NCBI GenBank assembly: GCA_031835245.2 | Contig: JAVKOQ020000070.1 | Coordinates: forward strand, 186,001-208,978 | From: Balamuthia mandrillaris | Taxonomy: Eukaryota | Reading direction: 5' to 3' | DNA length: 22,978 nucleotides | Shown: positions 11,430-19,328 of the stretch, piece by piece | Numbering within the stretch: the stretch's first letter is position 1 | Layout: each line of letters begins with the position of its first letter | Translations under genes and position numbers: made by a program | The notes under the pieces: model-generated | What the model saw: only the letters and a program-made list of their open reading frames with translations | The model's database searches: none | What the model was told of the DNA's origin: nothing

Positions 11430-13978
11430 CTCTCTCATACAATTGCCGTCCCATTAAACTCTTCATTTGTGTTTGCGTTCTCTCTTAGAAACTGGGCGGA
11501 ACGAGACGAAGAGCCTGCTGTCCTCATCGGCTTAAATACCACCTCATGTTTCCAGCTGAACCTTAACTTAATATCACCTTCAGTCTTCTTTACATGGAGT
11601 TTCTCAGGACTCATCATTGAGTGCCGAGGTGTATCTCTTTCCTTTGTGTATGATGACAATGGGGCAGGAGCGATGCTCAACATGGAAAACGTGACCATTC
11701 GCAACTCAGGGGGAGGTTTGGAGGTTGCACACGACCCTCCCACTGCCCGTAAGCGAGAACCGGGTGAGATGGCTGTGAGTATGCGCACAAAAAACCTTGC
11801 TCTTCACAACATCTCCTGTGAAGACTCTGAAGGTTTCTCCCTCCCACCCTCTTCTTCCTGCTGCTCCGAATTGTATTAAAGTTTGGTATTTTCAGCTCTG
11901 GTTGTGAGAAATGTAGGTTGGATCTTGGAAGGAACCACAAGTTTTGTTAACAATTGTCATGGCACTGGTTCTTGTACGGCCATCTTCCTTTCCCTCTCTC
12001 TCTCCGCTCTTTCTCACACAATTTGATAGCTGTTGTGTACGGCCTTTGGGCTAGTATTGCTAGCTCAGCACCGAAGCTCTTGTTTAAAGACAACCAAATT
12101 GGAACGGGAGGCATCATTCTCGAGCTGAGTGACACCACGCTGATAACCGACCGCACGCAGGTGGAGTTCGTGAACAATGTAGCAAACACCCTTGGTATGT
12201 CCTGCTCTTGCTTCTTGTCTTTGTGTTATGTTTCATTTTTTATTTGTTTCTCATTCTCCTTTTCCTCGTTCTCAAAAACATTAGTAATGTTGGAAGGATC
12301 TATCTGGAGAAGCACAGGACGGATCTCCTTCGAAGGCAACTCGGCAGGCCAATTGATAGAATTGGGTCAATGGTTTGGATTTGCAGCGGAGATGTACAGC
12401 TTGCTCCCGCTCCTTATGAAAGACAACGAACTGTCGGGTGCCTCCAACTTCATCATGATCGCGGGCTCCACTTTTTGCGCCATCCCATGTAACAACGCAC
12501 AAGCAGAGGACTGTGATTGCAACGACCAACCTCTGCTTTCATGGGACGTCTCTGCCACTCAGTTGGTCTTGCCCGCCTCTCCACAAACGGTCATTCTTCC
12601 CTTGAGCATCGATCCTCCGACCGCTTCCTCTATCACCCTTTCCCTAGTCTTGGACCTGTCGGACGGTTTGCAGTACCCTCAACACGTTTCTCCATTGCCT
12701 GCACCTTCCTCGGCTTCTACAAATACGTTGGAAGTGGGCCTTCCCATCCCACAAAATGCATTCGAAGCAGAGTTAAGCATCACTCTACTGTCGGCGTTGA
12801 CAGAAGAAGCCACTCTCACCTTGTCTCTCTCTCCCACTCTCAACGCCTCGGATACGCTGGAAGTGGGCCTTCACATCCCACAGGATGCATTCGAGGCAGA
12901 GTTAAGCATCACCCTACTGTCGGCATTGACAGAAGAAGCCACTCTCGCCTTGTCTCTCTCTTTCACTTTCAACGCCTCGGGCAACTTCAACTTCTTCCTC
13001 TCAGAGAGCTCCCTGGAGGTGACATTCGCGCCTCCAACTGGGCAACTGGCGTACCAACCAGATAACAGCACGGTATCTGTCAGCTTTCCCAACCGAGACA
13101 AACCAGATCACACCGTTTCTCTTCACGACCCACACGACAACCATCCTCTCACCAACCTCTCGGTCACCGCTCAATATGCCACATTAAAGGAAGTTGACCA
13201 AGAAGGAGAGGTGGTGAGGACGGTGTCCTTGCAGGACACAGACTTTGTGATGGAGTTGCTGGGCAACACCTCCTTCAATCTCAACAATGCTCTTCCCTTC
13301 ATCTCCTTCTCCGCCGACATCAACTCCTTCACCTCGGTAGAAACGGGAAGGAAGGTGAACTTGACGGAAGATATGAAGATGGAAGTGAACTTCACCATGT
13401 TTGCAGAAAAACAACTCACCAACTTTGCAGGAGTGGAGCAGGTCATGACGGCTAACTCCCTCAAATGGAGCTTGTTCCTCTCCTCCTGGCCCTTCCAGCA
13501 TGAGAACCATTCCTTGCTGCTGCACCTCTCTATCATCAGCCAAGATGGATCCATCGCGCTAAAGGTGGAAGAAGTGGAGGAAAACGGAGTGTTTTCGTTC
13601 GTGTTGAGGACGGAGAACACGGAGATCCCTTTCAACGTCGTCCCCGTGGCTCGTCTCCAAGGATCGCCAGAAGGAACAGCGGAGGTTGCAGCAGAATGGA
13701 GAGCAACGGAACAGGAGATGGTGGTGAAGCTGCCATGGTTCGAGCACTCATTGTTATTGGATCCTGACATTTCGTTGTTGGTGGGAGGAACAGATGAGGA
13801 GGAAGGAGAAAAAGAGGAGGATAAGGGTGAACTATGGTGGAAGATTGTGGTACCAGTGGTGGTGGTGTTGGTGGTAGCGGTTGTGATTGCGATCGCGGTG
13901 GTAAGCTCCATCATGTTGAAGAAAAGAAGCAAGCACAGGAGGAAGAAGGTAGCCCACAAGTTGAAAACCGAAATATGA
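11049..13978 (+). CDS. Type I single-pass cell-surface protein (~812 aa): signal peptide, possible beta-helix/pectin-lyase-like region, Calx-beta/Ig-like segment, membrane-proximal domain resembling the dictyostelid ComC supersandwich domain, TM helix, short basic tail
   Basis: Exons 11049-11121, 11181-11343, 11489-11832, 12030-12194, 12285-13978 (2,439 nt, frame intact; intron 1 needs a GC donor). Signal peptide MGAAAGSLVLLLLAALCTVASA; N-terminal C-TESEP-C motif; LKEVDQEGEVVR...SLKWSLFLSSWPF...LPWFEHSLLLDPDISLLV before the TM segment LWWKIVVPVVVVLVVAVVIAIAVVSSIML and KKRSKHRRKK. Domain names are inferred from motif recall. Confidence 0.8.
12723..12980 (+). repeat. In-frame tandem duplication, 2 x 129 bp (43 aa), about 91% identical
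   Basis: 12723-12851 versus 12852-12980: (N/D)TLEVGL(P/H)IPQ(N/D)AFEAELSITLLSALTEEATL(T/A)LSLS(P/F)T(L/F)NAS; about 11 nucleotide differences counted by eye. Confidence 0.95.
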
Positions 13979-15087
13979 GTGTAACAAAAATAAAGCACTG
14001 TCAAGCGAAGCCATCGTTTTGCTTCCTCTCCTTTGTCGCGTCCTTCTTCCCAGGAAGGCCAGGAGGGAAGAAAGGTTAGGAACAGAAGGCAAATGGAAGG
14101 AAAGGAGAGATTGAGGAGGAGATGCATGTACCCAGGAGGAGCGATAAAAGGTAAACGCAGCGAAACGGCACTTTTGCTTTTCGTTTCTCGACACAAACAG
14201 CTGAAGTTTTTCCGGTCCTGCCAGAACGAGGACCGCAAAGCGGCGGAAGCAGGGACAAAGGAATGAGGAACCTCTTCTCCTTGGGTTGTCTGTACTTGTT
14301 GTGGGCATCGTTGACCCTTGTTGTGCAAGGTTTGTCTGTGTCGGTGTTGCTTTCCCTTTATCCAGTTCGTTCTTACAAACAACAAAGGCGAAAGCTACAG
14401 GAGTGAAAACTGGTATGAGGAAGTCCAGTTATCGTTGACCCCGTTGTCACCGCGTTTATCTGCAACAAGAGATGCAGAAAAAGAAGCGGATATGTGTATG
14501 TTCCCTTTCAACTAGCACTTTGTTGTCAGATACTTATTTTCTCTCGTTCCTCCTCTATCTCCTCCTCTTTCCTCTCTCTCTCTCTCTCTCTCTCTTTCTG
14601 TTTCTTCCCTAGTCCTAGAGTTTGTTGCACTTGGGCAACATTTCAATCTGACGTTAGCTAGAAACAACGCACTCTTTGCCGCTCACTATAAAGAACTTCG
14701 TGTGGATGTGCAAAGCGGCACCTCCGAAACTAGGGACGGTCTTTCCACCAGATCCTGTTTTCTGGAAGGAAGAGACTCGGCAGATCCTGAAAGTTGGGCG
14801 CTTATCAACCGGTGCTCTGTTTCGGGGTTTGTAACGTTCCTTCTTCTTGATATTCATGTTGTTATACCAGTAGAGTACTTCTATTTTGAAGTTATACGAG
14901 ACTGAGAGTTTTACTTTCCCTATAACAGTGCTGTGAGCGGCTTAATTCAGAAATCTGGAGAGGAGTTCGTTGTGGAGGCTGCAGCGGGCAGCCTGGGTAC
15001 TGAGGGAGCAAAGTTCCGTCGAGGGAGCAGCATCATCTTTCGAGCAAACAACTTCCCTGGAAGCAACAGAGGAGTAGCTTGTGGTGG

Positions 15088-15096
15088 CAATTCCAC
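15088..15096 (+). repeat. Left copy of the 9-bp target-site duplication CAATTCCAC
   Basis: Identical to 16534-16542. Collapsing the two copies restores the protease frame ...ACGGNSTHLPHHSRRFKRR. Confidence 0.88.
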
Positions 15097-16283
15097 AAGC
15101 TGACGGCGTTTTCAAATGGAATGAGTACGACGTGACTATAGAATTGCCTTCATGCACCTGTCCTTACTTTCGGTATTATGGTAGGAGGTGCAAACACGTT
15201 TTTGGACTTGCTGCTCATCTACAGAAAACATTTTCAGATCAGAACCTTTTAGAGCTTGGGCTGAAAAGACAAACAAGACGCACCAACAGCAGCACCTCAC
15301 AAGTGGCAAGAATAGTTGAAGATGACATCGTTGAAGCAGATGATACTGACTCCCTGGAGCAACGTGTAGCGCCTGTTACCCTTGATGATGAAGATGTGGA
15401 AGGAGAGGAGGGAGATGAACAGGACGAGGAACAGCAGGCGCTGCTACTGTTGGAGGAGCCATCGATGGATGAACTTGGTGAGGACGACGGCGGAGATCTT
15501 GAGGAAGAAACTTCTGAAGGAGAAGAACACAACAATAAGAAAGAAGAGAAGGAGGAGAAGGAGGAGAAGGAGGAGGAGAAGGAAAAGGAGAAAGACAAAC
15601 TGAATGCAAACAAAAATCAAGGAACAAAGCATCAACATCCAGTGGAGCCAAAAATCGAGTACTCTAGCAAGGAAGAAGCAGAACAAGCAATCGCATATGC
15701 TACAGGGAAGTCATCACCTGGGAGGCCGCGCAATACAACAAAGAGGCCGAAAGTAGCAACCAACCTGCGACTCACAGAAGAATGTTTGCTTGAATTAAGT
15801 TAGTATCTCTTTTTTTTAAACAAAATCTCTCCCTCCTTTCCTACTTTTAGCTAACACCTCACACAAACACCAGAAACCGAACGTACCTTTCAATCAAATT
15901 TAACAAAACCTGAAACAACAAAGAAAAAGGCAGCGGCGGTGGCGGCGGCTGCACCAAAAAAACAACAAAATCAAAAAACAAAAACGCAAAGTGGTATGTT
16001 TGTCACTTTTTGTATCAAGCAGATTCTTTTTCTGAAGTTGATTTTTGTCATTTTTGAAGAGTGCAAAGCAAAGCGTACCTCTCAATGGCAAAAGAACTGT
16101 AAAACGGAAGAGATCTATGGCGTCGCACCCGTGGTGAACTACCAGGATCCCCGAGTGGACAAAAGGAAGCCTCTCTCTCCAAAACGACAACTGAAGCCCA
16201 ACCCACGGTACCAGAAAACACAGGTCGTGAAGCTCCTCTCTCCTCAAAAAAAGAACAGAACGAAGAAAAGGTGCCCAGCGTGA
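15097..16283 (+). pseudogene. 3' fragment of a MULE-like transposase gene (SWIM finger, acidic tract, GRPR motif, basic tail), with two spliceosomal introns
   Basis: YDVTIELPS-CTCPYFRYYGRRCKH-VFGL (CxCx9CxH, 15153-15197) and SPGRPRNTTKRPK. Introns 15799-15873 and 15994-16059 (GT-AG, phase-consistent) extend the frame to TGA at 16281-16283. No ATG start and no DDE domain are present. Confidence 0.75.
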
Positions 16284-16447
16284 CAAAGAAAAGACTGGCC
16301 AAAAGAACAAAACGAAAAAAAAAAGCCCCCTAAAAAATAAATTTTTGATTTTTCTGATCCCTTTTCTCCACTCTCTAAAATAATGGCCAGCGCACGCTTT
16401 GGTGGCAAAATAGCACAAAAATAATAGGTTGTTATAAATACATATTA

Positions 16448-16533
16448 GGGTGGGTAAATTACCTGAGGGGTGGGACGTTTACCGAAGGGGTGGGACTTTT
16501 AGCGTTGTGGGGTGGGACGTTTACCCGATTCGC
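16448..16533 (+). repeat. Transposon right end with four subterminal direct repeats (consensus GGGGTGGGACGTTTACC, about 20-22 bp spacing)
   Basis: Units start at 16448 (gggtgggtaaattacc), 16467 (ggggtgggacgtttacc), 16487 (ggggtgggactttt) and 16509 (ggggtgggacgtttacc), followed by cgattcgc and the TSD. Confidence 0.9.
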
Positions 16534-16542
16534 CAATTCCAC
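16534..16542 (+). repeat. Right copy of the 9-bp target-site duplication CAATTCCAC
   Basis: Identical to 15088-15096. It could equally be read as an 8-bp TSD (AATTCCAC) with the element ending ...TTCGCC. Confidence 0.88.
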
Positions 16543-17731
16543 TCATCTTCCCCACCATTCACGTCGTTTCAAAAGAAGAGCAATGGCTGCAGCTGTCGGA
16601 CCATCTCAAGCTCATGCAGAACGACCTTCATCGTTTTCTGAACCTGTTGAGCCGGTGGAGACAACAGACAGGGCTTCTGTTCAACAGTACGTATCTTTTC
16701 AACGGCAGTTATTTTATTCAACCTATCGTAACGGTGTTTAAAAAAGGACGCGGCAAAGATGCGTCCGGCATGTTGCAGTCTTGGTTGTAAACGACTTTGC
16801 TCGCTACAAAGATCTGGGCAATAACGTGGAACAGAACACAGCCGAGATAATGGACTACGTTCGACAACGTTACAGCTCTTCCGCCGTTACTTGGACATGC
16901 GACATTCAGGCATGTAACCTGCTGTTTCTCTCTCTCTCTCTCTCTCTCTTCCACCTCCTTCTTTTTTTATTTTCGAGTTCGTAAAAGAAGAGGCACTGAC
17001 CCTATCTATCTGTCATGAAAAGATAACTCTGCTCGGTCAAGTGACATACACCAACGGAAACCCTCCACAAACAGACTATGGAAGCGGTTCAACCGCAGAT
17101 TACCACAAGCTGTTGACCTCCCTGGATTTCTACTACGAACCCGCCATGCGCACCAGCATCAAAAAAGCGTTTGGGAATGATGCCGATAACGTGATGTATT
17201 TTACTCATGTTCCATTTGCTGGGGGAGTTGGTATGCAAACGCTTTTTTGTTGTTCTCCTCCGTCGTCTGCCTGAGTCTGCCTTATGCATTTCCTTTTATT
17301 CTAATTATCCTTCCTCCACAGTGGGGTACGCATGGGTTGGAGTGGTGTGCACATCATACAGCGCAAGCGTGAATATGGTGGCCGGTGGCAGCACGTTTGA
17401 ACACCACCAAACGGTGGCCCATGAACTCGGCCACAACTTTGGCGCACAGCATGACGACGGTTGTTGGCCTCCCAACGGATGCGTGCAGGCTGGACTGTCT
17501 CCCCCATGCAGCTGCCCTCAATGTGGCTATATCATGGCTCCTGCTTTCTACAACACGGCCACTAGGTGGACCAGTTGTAGCATTGGCCGCGTCAACTCCT
17601 TCTTGAACAACGACTACGGCGATGGAGACTACGGTAGATGCCTGGACCAGAGCCCTGTAAAGAACAGCTGCCAAACGTGGGACAAGTATGGGCTACCTGA
17701 CTATTCCCTTTGTGACGGCGGTGGCGGGGGA

Positions 17732-17956
17732 TGTACAACAACCTGCACTAGTCCCTACAGTTTGGATCCGACACAATGCGCATGTATATGTACGAGGCAG
17801 TGTGGCACTGGGTATCGATTGAACCGCGACCAGTGCGAATGTGAGTGCGACAGAACTTGCCAGACGGGATACACGTTGAACCAACAGCAGTGCCAGTGTC
17901 AGTGCACGAGGACCTGCAGCAGTGGCTACACCTTAGATCAACAAAAGTGCACCTGC
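17732..17956 (+). repeat. Four 19-aa cysteine-rich CXCXC-type repeats in the protease ectodomain
   Basis: CTSPYSLDPTQCACICTRQ / CGTGYRLNRDQCECECDRT / CQTGYTLNQQQCQCQCTRT / CSSGYTLDQQKCTC; 57-bp period. Confidence 0.9.
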
Positions 17957-19328
17957 TCAAAGGACCAAACCTCGGATGGTGGGGGTGACGGAGACGGTAA
18001 CGGTGGAGATGGAACAGACGGGACACACGAAAGCAAGAGCAGTGAGGAGGAGGATGGAGCCGGCGGAACCAACACAGCAGCTGTGGCTGCCGGCGTGACG
18101 GTCGCCTTAGTTGTGGTGGTAGCAGGCTTGGCTGGGCTGGCGGGGGGATATTTTATCCTCCGCAGAAGAAGACAAACCAAACAAAAGACCCTCCAAAGTA
18201 CCTTAGATCCTTCCTCTCCACGGGGTTCGCCTCCTGATACTGCAGCGTCAACTCCTTACGTCATGCCAAGAACGCTGACAACCCCACCAGCGCTAAACAA
18301 CCCTAGAACGGCTCCTCCAGTGCCGCAAGTGCCTAAAGCTGGACCAGCTTCTCCTCCAGCAGTACCTCACCGAGGGCCGCCAGTTTCGCCGCGAACTGTT
18401 GTCGCTTCCTCTCCTACGCAAATGACGAAGAGTTTGCCTGCTCTTCCCGCTAGTCCTCGAAATGGCCCGCCTATACCTCAACGACCTCCGGTTTCCCCGC
18501 GAAGACCTCCACCAGCAACACCAACTGAAGCGGTCGCAGGAGCACGTGGGCCTTCAAGTCCTCGGAAAGCTCTTCCGCCACTTCCACCGACAACAACGGT
18601 CGCATCGGTTTCAGCAGGAACACAAAATGCTCTTCGCCCAGGATAGCGTGATGTGAGTTTATTTAAGTTTGTTTTTGTAATGTAGTGCAACCAGACCGTG
18701 GTTTTTCCATCTGGTGAGAGAGGTAAACCCTGAACGGCAGTACAAGGATTAAAACCGCAACTTACAAGACGGGGAAAACCGGATAGCGCGTGAGTGAGAG
18801 AGATCGAGGGCACGCTTTGGAAAAGAGACAATAGTCTAGCAATAAGCCTGAATGTTGCCACAGCAGCCCTGGACTAGTTAAACCAAGCTCTCAATATCCC
18901 CAACGAACTTTCCTCTTCCATATTTTTTACTAGTTAACAGAGGTTAGGACCTCTGTCACACGTTCGCATCTTTGAAGGAAAACGAAAACCAAGAGGGGAC
19001 TGGAACAAGTCAGTTTCCTTCCTCTCTCGTTGTTCTGCACAAGAAAAGGTTTGCTTCACCAAAAGGCATTCTGTTTTTTTCTTTTTGAAATGTGATTGGG
19101 CGCTGATGGTCATTGCTGGTAGGTGATTGGTCCATTTAAACACGAGAAAGGAACCACCAAAAAAACACAACGCCCCGACAGCAAACTACAGAAGAAGAAA
19201 AGAAACTCCAGCCGACCAACCAACCTTGGAACAAAGGAAAAAAGGGCTATCATTGTGGTCGTGGACTGTTAAAACCACAACAATTCCTTGTCTCTCTGAC
19301 TCATTCATTGACCCAAAGTGAGAAGAAA

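Larger units (their letters stand above)
15097..16533 (+). mobile_element. Truncated (one-ended) Mutator-like (MULE) DNA transposon, 1,437 bp
   Basis: Flanked by 9-bp direct repeats. Encodes a SWIM finger and GRPR basic motif typical of the MULE transposase C-terminus. The right end carries four G-rich subterminal repeats. The left end starts inside the transposase ORF with no matching inverted repeat. Confidence 0.8.
14263..18646 (+). pseudogene. ADAM/reprolysin-like (peptidase M12B) membrane zinc metalloprotease gene interrupted in exon 4 by a transposon insertion (798 aa if the insertion is removed)
   Basis: Exons 14263-14329 (signal peptide MRNLFSLGCLYLLWASLTLVVQG), 14388-14495, 14613-14826 (propeptide-like FVALGQHFNLTLARN...CFLEG...DPESWALINRC), 14929-15096 joined to 16543-16686 (cysteine-switch-like VACG, basic site RRFKRR), 16747-16909 (RHVAVLVVND), 17023-17230, 17322-18646 (HELGHNFGAQHD at 17420-17455, Met-turn YIMAP, Cys-rich repeats, TM helix, Pro-rich tail). 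The total is 2,397 nt = 799 codons. With the insertion present, the frame hits TGA at 15101-15103. Confidence 0.88.

Noticed and set aside
13171..14385. 404-aa minus-strand ORF and other long antisense ORFs (989-1600, 2030-2611, 20711-21382)
   Set aside because: They are shadows of plus-strand exons or microsatellite-derived ER/SL repeats with no recognisable motifs.
15081..15803. 240-aa ORF as a standalone cellular SWIM protein or a true protease-SWIM fusion
   Set aside because: It has no ATG start, its first codons are protease exon and TSD read in another frame, and it lies inside the insertion.
16240..16333. Possible frameshift in an A-run near the transposase stop (another frame continues as ...KRLAKRTKRKKKAP)
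   Set aside because: It cannot be separated from a homopolymer sequencing error or chance without reads or other copies.
16448..16533. Spaced direct repeats as a mini CRISPR array or telomeric repeat
   Set aside because: Gaps are only a few bases, the context is eukaryotic, no cas-like ORFs are present, and the array ends next to a TSD, so it is a transposon end.
15097..16533. 5'-truncated non-LTR retrotransposon
   Set aside because: Truncation with a TSD fits superficially, but it keeps spliceosomal introns and has no terminal poly(A) or RT/endonuclease motifs.
18691..18880. Possible structured ncRNA in the intergenic region (short hairpin ccaga...tctgg)
   Set aside because: The stems are short and imperfect, with no tRNA, snRNA or snoRNA motifs that I can support.
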